Positions 1-9,823 of a stretch of 64,000 bases of DNA are shown piece after piece. The notes under the pieces are model-generated. The model saw only the letters and a program-made list of their open reading frames with translations, was not told the origin of the DNA and ran no database searches. A program made the translations under genes and the position numbers. Source of the DNA: an uncultured Bacilli bacterium (lineage in GTDB: Bacteria; Bacillota_I; Bacilli_A; RF39; UBA660); contig CAKOHH010000001.1 of the NCBI GenBank assembly GCA_934085675.1, positions 6,115 to 70,114 on the forward strand. The letters are read 5' to 3'. Each line of letters opens with the position of its first letter. The first letter of the stretch is position 1.

Positions 1-296
1 ATGGTGAATTTGTGGCATGTTCTAACTATCCAAATTGTAAGTACATAAAAAAAGAAGAAAGAAAAGTAGTAGAAGTTATGGATTGTCCAAAATGTGATGG
101 TAAAATCATTGAGAAAAAAACAAAAAGAGGTAAGATTTTCTATGGTTGCAGCCATTATCCTAAATGTGATTTTGCTACTTGGGATAAACCAGTTAGGGAA
201 AAATGTCCTTCTTGTGGCGGAGTTCTTGTTATTAAAAAAGATGGGCTTCATTGTTTAAGTTGTGATTATCATAAAGAAATATTAGAAGAAAATTAA
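1..296 (+). CDS. topA: DNA topoisomerase I, C-terminal zinc-ribbon region (5'-partial, gene continues upstream of window)
   Basis: Reading frame is open from window start (GEFVACSNYPNC...); repeated C4 zinc-ribbon motifs CxxC...CxxC typical of TopA C-terminus; stop at 294-296. Confidence 0.6.
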   Translation, partial: GEFVACSNYPNCKYIKKEERKVVEVMDCPKCDGKIIEKKTKRGKIFYGCSHYPKCDFATWDKPVREKCPSCGGVLVIKKDGLHCLSCDYHKEILEEN

Positions 297-297
297 A

Positions 298-324
298 AGA
301 TTGCTATTTAAAGCAATTTTTTTT
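298..324 (+). terminator. Rho-independent terminator after topA fragment
   Basis: Inverted repeat attgct/agcaat with 6-nt loop followed by T8 run. Confidence 0.5.
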
Positions 325-400
325 CATGTCAAATAAATGTCACACCACTTTAAAAAGCAAAATTATCTTGATATACTTGAAAGGTGAAAGGTAGGAAAAA

Positions 401-2629
401 ATGAAACAAGAATGGAATGGATTTAAAGATGGAATATGGACAGAAGAAATAAATGTTTCAGATTTCATTTTAAAAAATTATAAAGCTTATGATGGAGAGG
501 AATCTTTTTTGACTTCTTCATCAGCCAAAACAAAAAAAGTTTGGAATACATGTGAAAATTTACTTAAAGAAGAATTAAAAAAACATGTTTTAGATATTGA
601 TACAAAACATATGTCTGGAATAAATAGTTTTGCTCCAGGATATATTTGTGATGAAGATGATGTGATTGTTGGACTACAAACAGATAAGCCTTTAAAAAGA
701 ATTGTCAATCCTTATGGAGGAATAAGGATGGTTCATCAAGAACTCGAGGCTTATGGTTATCATTTAGATGAAACCGTAGCCAAATATTTTAAGGAATTTC
801 GTAAAACTCATAATGATGGCGTTTTTGATGCTTATCCAGAAAGTGTTCGTAAAGCTCGCCATGTTGGTCTTTTAACAGGACTTCCTGATGCCTATGGTCG
901 TGGTCGTATTATTGGAGATTATAGAAGAGTTGCTTTATATGGTATTGATTATTTAATGCAGGAAAAGAAAAAAGATTGGGATAATTTAATTGGACCAATG
1001 ACGGATGATTTAATAAGACTTCGAGAAGAAGTATCCATGCAATATAAGGCTTTAGATGATATAAAAAAGATGGCTCTTTCTTATGGCTTTGATATTTCAA
1101 AACCGGCTTCTTGTGCACGTGAAGCAGTGCAATGGACATATTTTGCCTATTTAGCTGCGGTCAAAGAAAATAATGGGGCCGCTATGAGTCTAGGTAGAGT
1201 CGATGCTTTTTTTGATATTTACTTTGAAAGAGACTTAGAAAATGGTCTTTTAACAGAAGAAGAAGTTCAAGAAATCATTGATCAATTTGTAATTAAACTT
1301 CGCTTAGTAAGACATTTAAGAACACCAGAATATGATGAATTATTCTCTGGAGATCCTACTTGGGTAACATGTTCTATCGGCGGAATTACCGAAAAAGGCG
1401 AATCTTTAGTAACAAAGACTTCCTTAAGGCTTTTACATACGCTTACAAACTTAGATACTGCTCCAGAACCAAATATGACGGTTTTATGGAGTGAAAAATT
1501 ACCTGAAAATTTCAAAAAATACTGTGCTCGCATGTCTATTTTAACCGATGCAATTCAATATGAAAATGATGATGTCATGAGACCATTATATGGCAGTGAT
1601 TATGCCATTGCGTGCTGTGTTTCAGCCATGCGTGAAGGAAAAGATATGCAATTTTTTGGCGCTCGTTGTAATTTAGCTAAAGCCCTTCTTTATTCTATTA
1701 ACGGTGGTATTGATGAAATCAAAAAAGAAAAAGTCATAGATGGTTTTTTTAAAAATACAGATACCATTTTAAACTTTGAAACTGTTAAAGAAAACTATTT
1801 TAAAATGCTTAAAGAAATTGCTTCTGTTTACAGCGATGCTATGAATGTTATTCATTATATGCATGATAAATATGCTTATGAAGCTGGTCAAATGGCTTTG
1901 CATGATACCCATGTAAGACGTTTAATGGCTTATGGCGTTGCGGGACTTTCTGTGGTAGCTGATTCTTTATCTGCGATTAAATATGCCAAAGTAAAACCCA
2001 TAAGAGATGAAGATGGCTTAGCTATTGATTTTGAAATTGAAGGAGATTTTCCTAAATATGGTAATGATGATGACCGGGTAGATGATTTAGCTAAAGAAGT
2101 TTTAGAAAAATTTTATGAAGAACTTTCCAGCCATAAATGTTACCGTGACGCTCATCCAACTTTATCAGTTTTAACTATAACCTCTAATGTGGTATACGGT
2201 TCTAAAACAGGTGCTACTCCAGATGGTCGTAAAAAAGGTGTTGCCTTTGCCCCAGGTGCCAATCCAATGCATCAACGAGATGAAAGTGGTGCAATTGCAA
2301 GTTTAAATTCGGTTGCTAAGATTCCTTACCAAGGTTGCTGTGAAGATGGTATTTCTAATACATTCAGTATTGTCCCAACAAGTCTTGGCCATTCTTTAGA
2401 CGAACAAATAAATAATCTTGTTTCCTTATTAGAAGGTTATTTTAGTCAAGGAGCACATCACCTAAATGTTAACGTTTTAAATCGGGAAATGCTTGTTGAT
2501 GCCATGAACAATCCGTTAAAATATCCTCTTTTAACTATTAGAGTTTCTGGTTATGCTGTTCGTTTTAATCGCTTGACAAGAAAACAACAGGAAGAAGTTA
2601 TTTCTAGAACTTTCCATGAGAAGCTATAA
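401..2629 (+). CDS. pflB: Formate C-acetyltransferase (pyruvate formate-lyase), glycyl-radical enzyme
   Basis: 742 aa; C-terminal glycyl radical motif RVSGYAV; active-site CC (IACCVSAMR); followed by activase gene. Confidence 0.95.
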   Translation: MKQEWNGFKDGIWTEEINVSDFILKNYKAYDGEESFLTSSSAKTKKVWNTCENLLKEELKKHVLDIDTKHMSGINSFAPGYICDEDDVIVGLQTDKPLKRIVNPYGGIRMVHQELEAYGYHLDETVAKYFKEFRKTHNDGVFDAYPESVRKARHVGLLTGLPDAYGRGRIIGDYRRVALYGIDYLMQEKKKDWDNLIGPMTDDLIRLREEVSMQYKALDDIKKMALSYGFDISKPASCAREAVQWTYFAYLAAVKENNGAAMSLGRVDAFFDIYFERDLENGLLTEEEVQEIIDQFVIKLRLVRHLRTPEYDELFSGDPTWVTCSIGGITEKGESLVTKTSLRLLHTLTNLDTAPEPNMTVLWSEKLPENFKKYCARMSILTDAIQYENDDVMRPLYGSDYAIACCVSAMREGKDMQFFGARCNLAKALLYSINGGIDEIKKEKVIDGFFKNTDTILNFETVKENYFKMLKEIASVYSDAMNVIHYMHDKYAYEAGQMALHDTHVRRLMAYGVAGLSVVADSLSAIKYAKVKPIRDEDGLAIDFEIEGDFPKYGNDDDRVDDLAKEVLEKFYEELSSHKCYRDAHPTLSVLTITSNVVYGSKTGATPDGRKKGVAFAPGANPMHQRDESGAIASLNSVAKIPYQGCCEDGISNTFSIVPTSLGHSLDEQINNLVSLLEGYFSQGAHHLNVNVLNREMLVDAMNNPLKYPLLTIRVSGYAVRFNRLTRKQQEEVISRTFHEKL

Positions 2630-3351
2630 TGAATGGATATATTGATTCAATCGAGTCTTTTGGCCTTGTTGATGGTCCAGGCATTCGGACAGTCGTCTTT
2701 TTAAAAGGGTGTCAATTAAGATGTTTGTATTGTCATAACCCTGAAATGTGGAAGATGAATGGTAGTACTATTAGCCCAGATGAACTTGTCAGTAAAATAA
2801 AAAGAAATAAACCTTATTTTAAAAGAAATCATGGTGGGGTTACTTTCTCAGGTGGCGAACCTCTCTTACAAAAAGATTTTTTAATAGCAGTCATGACTAA
2901 ATTAAGACAAGAAAACATTCATATTGCCCTTGATACTGCTGGAGTAGGGATAGGGGATTATGATAAAATTTTATCTTTAGTAGATTTAGTTTTGTTTGAT
3001 GTTAAATACGCGGATAAAGAAGGGTACCAAAAATTAACAGGATATCCTATTGATGAGTCTGAAAAATTTATTGAAGCTTTAAATAAAAGTGGTAAACCAG
3101 TTTGGATACGCCAAGTTATTGTTCCTTCTATGATGGATAATGAAGATTATTTAAAAAAACTAGCGTTATATTTAAATAAAATAAATAATATTGAAAAAAT
3201 TGAATTTTTACCATTTCACCATTTAGGTTTTAATAAATATGAAAAACTACATTTAACAAATCCCTTAATTAATACACCTGAAATGGACCCAGAAAAATGT
3301 GAAAAACTATTTGCAACATTTCAAAAAATTAGAGCAAACATAGCTACTTAG
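2629..3351 (+). CDS. pflA: Pyruvate formate-lyase activating enzyme (radical SAM)
   Basis: CxxxCxxC motif (CQLRCLYCHNPE) near N-terminus; ATGA overlap with pflB stop; 240 aa. Confidence 0.93.
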   Translation: MNGYIDSIESFGLVDGPGIRTVVFLKGCQLRCLYCHNPEMWKMNGSTISPDELVSKIKRNKPYFKRNHGGVTFSGGEPLLQKDFLIAVMTKLRQENIHIALDTAGVGIGDYDKILSLVDLVLFDVKYADKEGYQKLTGYPIDESEKFIEALNKSGKPVWIRQVIVPSMMDNEDYLKKLALYLNKINNIEKIEFLPFHHLGFNKYEKLHLTNPLINTPEMDPEKCEKLFATFQKIRANIAT

Positions 3352-3454
3352 CTTTGTTTGTTTTTTTATAAACGATTGGATGATAACAAAAAAAATTAAG
3401 TTGTTAGCAAACGAAGAAATATGATATACTAAATAAGAGAATAGAGGGAATAGT

Positions 3455-5056
3455 ATGCAGGAAAATTCGAATCCTTTAAAATATCCTAGTATTGGTTTAT
3501 TTATGTCATTTAAATCAGTGATGGAAGTTATAATTTATATGTTTGAATGCCTTTGGCGGGGTATTGTTTATGTTTTTAAAGATTTACCAACTTTTTTATG
3601 GCAACACGCCAGTGTCAAAGTATCAGAAGCTGTGGCTCCGGTAAATAAAAGAACAAGTGATAATGCAGGTACGAAGGCAAAGGCGGAAGAAAAGAAAAAA
3701 AGTGTTTTAAATATGGATATTAATGATCTATTAAAAAACACAACTTTTATGAAAAAGAAAATAGAAGGCCTTGAAAAAGAAAAAATAAAACTTTTAAAAG
3801 AATTGGAAACAACAGGTAAAATTAGAAGTAAAGAAGCTCAAGTATACCGTTTTACAGCCAAAAATAAAGAAGGTAAAATTGAAACAGGTATTATGAACAG
3901 TTTTTCTAAATTAGATGTTAACACTTTTCTTGTTCAAGATGGTTATGACGTTTATAAAATTGAAACAAGTGATTTTATTAATTTAGTTTATGGCAAATCA
4001 AGTCTTTTTTCTGTTCGCTTAAAAAATAAAGATTTATTATTTTGGCTAACACAACTTTCGACTTATTTAAAAAGTGGTATTCCTTTAACAGATTCTATTA
4101 AAATACTTAATCGTCAAATGAATAAAAATGCTACTTATAAAAGAGCCTTTCAATCCATTATTTATGAACTTACCATGGGTGAATCTTTTTCAAATGCTCT
4201 AGAAAAACAAGGTAATATGTTTCCGGCCCTTCTTATTAATATGATAAAAGCTGCCGAGGCAACTGGAGAACTTGAAGAAACCTTAGATGATATGGCTAAT
4301 TATTACGAAGAAATTGAAAAGACAAGAAAACAAATGGTGTCTGCTTTGACTTATCCAACTATTATTATGATTTTTGCTTTAGCGGTTATTACTTTCATTA
4401 TGGTTTGGGTAGTTCCTCAATTTGTAAACATTTATGAGGAAGCAGGAGCTACCTTAAATGGCTTTACGCTTCTTATTTTAAATATTAGTAATTTCTTACA
4501 AGCCAATGCTTTAACACTCATTTTAATTATTGCTTCTGTAATTCTAGTTATTGCTTTGCTTTATCAAAAGATAAAGGCTTTTCGTAAATCTTTACAAACT
4601 TTTGCCATGAAAATACCTGTTATTGGCAAAGTTATTATTTATAACGAGATGACTATTTTCTCAAAAACGTTTGCATCTCTTTTAAAAAACAATGTTTTCA
4701 TTACTGATAGTATTGATATTTTAAGTAAAATAACCAATAATGAAATTTATAAAGAAATTATGTATAATACTATCGACAATATTGTGAAAGGTGATAAAAT
4801 AAGCCTAGCTTTTAAAGATCATTGGGCCGTGCCTGATGTTGCCTATTTTATGATTGAAACAGGTGAATCAACAGGACAACTTGCAGAAATGATGAGTAAA
4901 GTAAGTACTTATTATCAAGAAATGCACCGTTCCATGGTAAACAGTTTAAAATCGTTTATTGAACCAGTTACCATTTGTTTATTAGCGGTTATAGTCGGTA
5001 TTATTTTAATGGCTGTTATGATTCCAATGTTCGATTTATATGGAAAACTAGAATAG
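3455..5056 (+). CDS. Type IV pilus / competence pseudopilus platform protein (GspF/PilC/ComGB family) with ~130-aa N-terminal extension
   Basis: 533 aa; paired GspF-type domains (YRFTAKNKEGKIETG N-domain; multiple TM helices); good RBS AGAGGGAA before ATG 3455; N-terminal region hydrophobic+coiled-coil not typical of PilC. Confidence 0.75.
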   Translation: MQENSNPLKYPSIGLFMSFKSVMEVIIYMFECLWRGIVYVFKDLPTFLWQHASVKVSEAVAPVNKRTSDNAGTKAKAEEKKKSVLNMDINDLLKNTTFMKKKIEGLEKEKIKLLKELETTGKIRSKEAQVYRFTAKNKEGKIETGIMNSFSKLDVNTFLVQDGYDVYKIETSDFINLVYGKSSLFSVRLKNKDLLFWLTQLSTYLKSGIPLTDSIKILNRQMNKNATYKRAFQSIIYELTMGESFSNALEKQGNMFPALLINMIKAAEATGELEETLDDMANYYEEIEKTRKQMVSALTYPTIIMIFALAVITFIMVWVVPQFVNIYEEAGATLNGFTLLILNISNFLQANALTLILIIASVILVIALLYQKIKAFRKSLQTFAMKIPVIGKVIIYNEMTIFSKTFASLLKNNVFITDSIDILSKITNNEIYKEIMYNTIDNIVKGDKISLAFKDHWAVPDVAYFMIETGESTGQLAEMMSKVSTYYQEMHRSMVNSLKSFIEPVTICLLAVIVGIILMAVMIPMFDLYGKLE

Positions 5057-5064
5057 GTGGTTTT

Positions 5065-5838
5065 ATGAATGTGTTTAATGGAATAATGTGTTTTATTTTA
5101 GGAAGCGTTCTTGCTTCCTTTTATGGGGTAATGGCTTGTCGTTTACCCCTTAATAAATCAATTGTAAAACCAAGAAGTCATTGTGATTACTGTAATCATC
5201 CTTTAGCTTTTTATGAATTGATTCCCATTTTTTCTTATCTTTTTTTAAAAGGAAGATGTTCTTCATGTCATCAGAAACTTTCAAAAACAATGATAATTAC
5301 CGAGATAGGTTTAGGCCTTTCTTTTGCTTTTTCTTATTTTTATTATGGCTTTTCTTATAACTTTTTAATATCGCTTTTTCTTTTTTCACTATTTGATTTA
5401 ATCTTTCTAACCGATATTAAATATATGATAATTTTGGATTCGCCTTTACTAATAAGTGCTCTAGGCATTTTTCTTTTAGAGTGGTTCTTCTATGGTCTTT
5501 CTTTTGCCTTTTCTAGAATACTTGCCGGTATCATCTTATTTTTCTTTATGTATTTCATTGGTATTTTAGGAAAATTTTTATTTAAAAGAGAAGCCTTAGG
5601 TGGTGGGGATATTAAACTTTCCTTTCTTTTTGGCTTAGTTTTAGGCCTTTCTCATGGTCTTATTGCCCTTACTTTATCTACTTTTTTAGCTTTGCCTTAT
5701 GCAACGTTTAATTTATATTCATCACATACAAATGAACTACCGTACGGTCCATTTTTAATAAGTGCTTTATGCTTAGTTTTCTTTTTCTATGATAAGTTCT
5801 CATGGTTTTTAGATTTTTTGTTTCAAGTTAGATTTTGA
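5065..5838 (+). CDS. Prepilin peptidase (PilD/ComC family, A24 aspartic peptidase)
   Basis: Zn-binding CDYC...CSSC pair, GGGDIKL active-site region, polytopic membrane protein; RBS AGGTGG before ATG 5065 (ORF track start 4975 is upstream read-through overlapping pilC). Confidence 0.85.
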   Translation: MNVFNGIMCFILGSVLASFYGVMACRLPLNKSIVKPRSHCDYCNHPLAFYELIPIFSYLFLKGRCSSCHQKLSKTMIITEIGLGLSFAFSYFYYGFSYNFLISLFLFSLFDLIFLTDIKYMIILDSPLLISALGIFLLEWFFYGLSFAFSRILAGIILFFFMYFIGILGKFLFKREALGGGDIKLSFLFGLVLGLSHGLIALTLSTFLALPYATFNLYSSHTNELPYGPFLISALCLVFFFYDKFSWFLDFLFQVRF

Positions 5839-5958
5839 TACTTATTCCAAGAAGTAGCAATGATTTTTAATCTATACTTTAGAAAAAAAATGTGATATTC
5901 TTTAATAGTAGAAGAGAGTAATGTAATTGTACTCTTAAAATAGAAAGAGGTTCTCAAT

Positions 5959-8223
5959 ATGAATAATGAAAATGATAATTTGAGTAAAAAAGAAGATACG
6001 AAAGAACTTAATACTTTGAGTGATTTAGCCTTAGAATCTTTGGAAAACATGGCCAATGAGTATCAAAATGAATTTGATGAACATATGAAAGATTCGGATT
6101 TGATTTTTAAAACAGAGGTAGAAACGAAAGAAGAAATGAAAAAAGAAGAACCTCCTAAGAAAAAAAAGCCTTTAGATAAATTAAAAGATTGGTGGAAGTC
6201 ACTTGATAAAAAAAAGAAAATTATCTTTTCTATTATTGCTTTATTAATTGTACTATTAATTATAGGAATCATTGTTTTCTTCGCTTTTAAAAAAGATGAT
6301 TCTTCTTCCTTAACGAATCCTGATGTTATTTTAGAAAAAGATAATTATCGTTATGAAAATGGTACGCTTATTTTACTTGATAAAGATGGCAAAGAACTTG
6401 GTAAATATGAGTGTGAGAATAAAGACGAAAAACAATGCGAAGTGGCTTTTTTAAATCAAGATGCCGTGATGGATACAACAAGACTTGATAACGAAAAAGA
6501 AGAGCCTTTACAGCTTCGTTCTTCTATTTATCATAATCGGTTTGTTTTCATTAGAGATACAAAAGATGAAAATGTAAAAAACTATATTTTGTATGATCTA
6601 AAAGATGAAAAAATAATTAGTACAGTGTATGATGCTTTAACCAGTTATCAGTATGAAAATGATATCATTATCAAAAACGAAGAAAGTAAATATGGTTTAA
6701 TAGAATTAACTGAAGATGAAGCTAAAACGGTTATTCCTGCTACTTATGATGAATTGCATATTATTCCTAATCAAGAGGAATTAAAACTTGTTTCGGTTCG
6801 TAAAGATAACAATTCCTATGTATCTAATTTAGAAAATAAGCCTTTAACTAAAGCTTTTAATGAGACAATTGTGAATGCTAGTGATAAATATGTGGTAACA
6901 AAAAATAGTCAAAATAAATATCATGTTTATGATTATAATGCTAAAGAAGTAAATAAAAATGATAATCAAGACTATATTGTCCTTTTAAAAGATATTATGC
7001 TTTCTGTCCGTCAAAATAAGTTATATGTTTTAGATTATGAAGATAATTTATACAGCATGAAAGATATTGAATTAAAAAATAATGTTTATAATAAAACAGA
7101 AATTTACAATAATGATTTAAAACTTATAAATACCAAAAAATCATTTGATTATGAATTAACAGATGATATTCTTCTTATTAATGTTTATGATGATGAGGAG
7201 AAAACAAACTATAACGTTAACTTAAAAGAAGGTAGATTGTCTAAAACCCAAGCATTCTTAAGTTATTTTGATGGCTCTTTGTATATTTATGGTGATAGTA
7301 GCAAAAAAGAACTTTTAGGTTCTTATCGTTGTAACAATCAAAATACAATTGAAAATAATACCCAAAAATTTACTAATTGTACTATAGCCAGTGATTCTGT
7401 TTATAGAGAAACAAATGGAAATATGAAAGAAACAGGAGACGTTAAAGAAGGCTATATTCCTATTATTGGCAAAAAATATGCCTTCATTAAAGATGGTTCT
7501 AGTATTTATTTAGTTGATTTAAATAATACTACCAAACCAATTAGTGAATTTTCTAGTGTGGATACTTCTTCTTATACAGGTGGTGAAGATGTCACATTTA
7601 TAACTCCTTCTAATTTATATTTTATTGCTGTTTCAAAAGCAAGCGGTAAATACGGTGTAAATAAAATAACAAGTGAAGGCGTAAGTTCTGTTATTCAATT
7701 TAATAAATCTGAAATTAAACGTTTAGGCGACTACTTTGTTGTAACAGAAAATAATAAATATTCTTTGTATGATAAAAATGGTTCGAAACAAACTGAAGAT
7801 AAAGCTTCTCCTATTGTCGACTATTACAAAAATTATTTAAAAACTTTTAAAGATAACATGTTCTTTGTTCATTCATTTGCTAAAGAAATAAGTAGTACAG
7901 CCTATAATTATGTAGAACTTTATGATGATTTTTATGCCGCTGTTATTAATCATCGTGTTCATTTATATCGTTATGATGAACCAAATAAAGAGTTCATTTA
8001 TGAAGTAAATGGGGATGAAAAAGGTGAGAATGGACTTAAGCTTCTAACAGACCGTTATTATGGAAGTAATGTTAATGCCTTTAGAATAACTTTTGATAGT
8101 AAATATATTTATGTTGAAATTGGCAATACTAATAATACTTATAATGCTCCTTTAAAATTTTTATTAGACGGTAGTTATGTAAGTGAGAAAGAAGAGACGA
8201 CTGATGGACAAGAGAATAACTAA
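5959..8223 (+). CDS. Hypothetical bitopic membrane protein, acidic cytoplasmic N-terminus, single TM, large Asn/Lys/Tyr-rich extracytoplasmic domain
   Basis: 754 aa; TM IIFSIIALLIVLLIIGIIVFFAF after KKKK stretch; RBS AAAGAGG; follows pilC-pilD. Confidence 0.6.
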   Translation: MNNENDNLSKKEDTKELNTLSDLALESLENMANEYQNEFDEHMKDSDLIFKTEVETKEEMKKEEPPKKKKPLDKLKDWWKSLDKKKKIIFSIIALLIVLLIIGIIVFFAFKKDDSSSLTNPDVILEKDNYRYENGTLILLDKDGKELGKYECENKDEKQCEVAFLNQDAVMDTTRLDNEKEEPLQLRSSIYHNRFVFIRDTKDENVKNYILYDLKDEKIISTVYDALTSYQYENDIIIKNEESKYGLIELTEDEAKTVIPATYDELHIIPNQEELKLVSVRKDNNSYVSNLENKPLTKAFNETIVNASDKYVVTKNSQNKYHVYDYNAKEVNKNDNQDYIVLLKDIMLSVRQNKLYVLDYEDNLYSMKDIELKNNVYNKTEIYNNDLKLINTKKSFDYELTDDILLINVYDDEEKTNYNVNLKEGRLSKTQAFLSYFDGSLYIYGDSSKKELLGSYRCNNQNTIENNTQKFTNCTIASDSVYRETNGNMKETGDVKEGYIPIIGKKYAFIKDGSSIYLVDLNNTTKPISEFSSVDTSSYTGGEDVTFITPSNLYFIAVSKASGKYGVNKITSEGVSSVIQFNKSEIKRLGDYFVVTENNKYSLYDKNGSKQTEDKASPIVDYYKNYLKTFKDNMFFVHSFAKEISSTAYNYVELYDDFYAAVINHRVHLYRYDEPNKEFIYEVNGDEKGENGLKLLTDRYYGSNVNAFRITFDSKYIYVEIGNTNNTYNAPLKFLLDGSYVSEKEETTDGQENN

Positions 8224-9154
8224 AAGTGCCGGTATTACCATTGTTATTTTACTCGTCCTTTCTTCCTTTTTAGGGGGATATGGCATGTTTTTACATCATT
8301 CTAAAAAACAGATTATCATTAATAATGAAAAACCAAATACAAATAAAGAAAAATTTTTTGATAATAAATTATGGTTTTATTCGGAAGACGGAGAGTTAAT
8401 TGGTAATTATGAATGTGTTTCTAGTGAATGCGACATTGCTAAAAATACTGTGACTGATGGTACATATAAAAAGACTTTTATTGATTCTTCTGCTTACGTT
8501 AAAGTTATTCAAGATAGATATGCTTTTATTACAGATGATGGAATAACTTTCTTATATGATATAAAAACAAAATCAGCCTATAAAACTACAACTTATAAAG
8601 AAGTTAAAGATTATGGACAGGGACTAACTAATGATAATGTTATTTTAGCCGATATGGATGGTAATTATGGCGTAATGAGTTTTCTAAATATGCCCCATAT
8701 GCTTATTCCTTTTACTGATAATTATAAGTTCATTGGTCTTTCTTATGAAGAAAGTACAGAACTTTTAAATTCGGATTATTACATTGCTTTAAAAGATGGA
8801 ACTTGGAATATTATTGATACTAATGACGCGACTTTAACAGCAAATATTACTGAACCAATCGTAGCTTTTAATGGGGACGTTATTATCATTGAAACACTTA
8901 ATAATGATAATGTTTTGATTGATTATAATAATAATGAAAAATTAGATGGTCATTTTAAAAAATTATCTTTTACAGGTAAATATTTAAATTGTACAACAAA
9001 TGAAGATACTTTCTATGTTTACGATTTAATGAATAATAAAATAATTAGTGATACCTTTTCTTTGGCTGGTAATGAAGGTAAAACAATTTTAGAAGAAACA
9101 AATCTAAAAGTATATGTTGGTAATAGTTTAAGACAAACGATTAAACTATCTTGA
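8183..9154 (+). CDS. Hypothetical bitopic membrane protein, paralogous to the preceding gene
   Basis: 323 aa; N-in TM anchor; shares GxYEC...C motif just after the TM and YAFI[KT]D..YL.D motif with the 754-aa protein; overlaps its stop. Confidence 0.55.
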   Translation: MRKKRRLMDKRITKSAGITIVILLVLSSFLGGYGMFLHHSKKQIIINNEKPNTNKEKFFDNKLWFYSEDGELIGNYECVSSECDIAKNTVTDGTYKKTFIDSSAYVKVIQDRYAFITDDGITFLYDIKTKSAYKTTTYKEVKDYGQGLTNDNVILADMDGNYGVMSFLNMPHMLIPFTDNYKFIGLSYEESTELLNSDYYIALKDGTWNIIDTNDATLTANITEPIVAFNGDVIIIETLNNDNVLIDYNNNEKLDGHFKKLSFTGKYLNCTTNEDTFYVYDLMNNKIISDTFSLAGNEGKTILEETNLKVYVGNSLRQTIKLS

Positions 9155-9179
9155 TTTTTAGAAAATATACTGGTATGAT
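9151..9179 (+). promoter_or_regulatory. Sigma-A type promoter for valS leader (TTGATT-17-TATGAT with TG extension)
   Basis: cTTGATTtttagaaaatatacTGgTATGAT. Confidence 0.45.
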
Positions 9180-9185
9180 ATTTAA

Positions 9186-9380
9186 GAAATGCGAAGAAGT
9201 TAAAGGAGTATAAAATAAATTTTTTAAAGAGAGTTTATGGTTGGTGTAAATAAACAAAAATTATTTTAGAAGGTTGTTAACAAATGCATGTAGGAGATTA
9301 CTCCTTTATCAAAAAAAGAAAAAATAAGGATGGTACCGTCAGCTTTGACTCCTTTGAGGCACCATCTTTTTTATTTTAGA
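9186..9380 (+). promoter_or_regulatory. T-box leader (putative Val specifier) with terminator
   Basis: T-box sequence AATAAGGATGGTACCGTCAG forming 5' arm of terminator GATGGTACC...GGCACCATC followed by T6; AGAGAG and GGTTGGTG stem-I like elements; candidate specifier GUU-A. Confidence 0.55.
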
Positions 9381-9394
9381 AAGGATTTAATTTA

Positions 9395-9823
9395 ATGAGA
9401 GAAGTTTTATTAGTTACAAAAAACGGAGATGTACATTCAGGCGTTCCTGGAGATAAAATTAGACATGATATAGTTGCCGGGGCCATATTAAAAAACCGTA
9501 TAGACGCGGATTATCAAGAACCTCCTACTGCTATAGCTATGTATGATAATTCTCTTAATGCTGCCAAATTTTATCAAATATTAGCCATTTTGGATGATGA
9601 TAACGATTTGGTTGCCTTTTTCCCAGATGTTATTTCCCCTAAACAAATTATTTACTTTATTGAAAATTTTGCAGAAGAGGCTGAAGAAAAGAAAAATATT
9701 AAAAGATTTCATCTTGTAAAATATGTTGCATCATCTGATAAATTAAAAGAAATAAATATGAATAAACTTTTGGATATTTATGCAAAAATAAAGGAGGAAA
9801 AACAAAATGGACTTAATCGATAA
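9395..9823 (+). CDS. Hypothetical protein (142 aa) between T-box and valS
   Basis: ORF with RBS GAAAGGA; stop overlaps valS start region; no recognisable motif. Confidence 0.45.
   Translation: MREVLLVTKNGDVHSGVPGDKIRHDIVAGAILKNRIDADYQEPPTAIAMYDNSLNAAKFYQILAILDDDNDLVAFFPDVISPKQIIYFIENFAEEAEEKKNIKRFHLVKYVASSDKLKEINMNKLLDIYAKIKEEKQNGLNR

Noticed and set aside
487-1533. Three antisense ORFs (487-708, 909-1139, 1282-1533) inside pflB
   Set aside because: Lie opposite a high-confidence conserved gene; low-complexity translations; typical AT-rich antisense artefacts.
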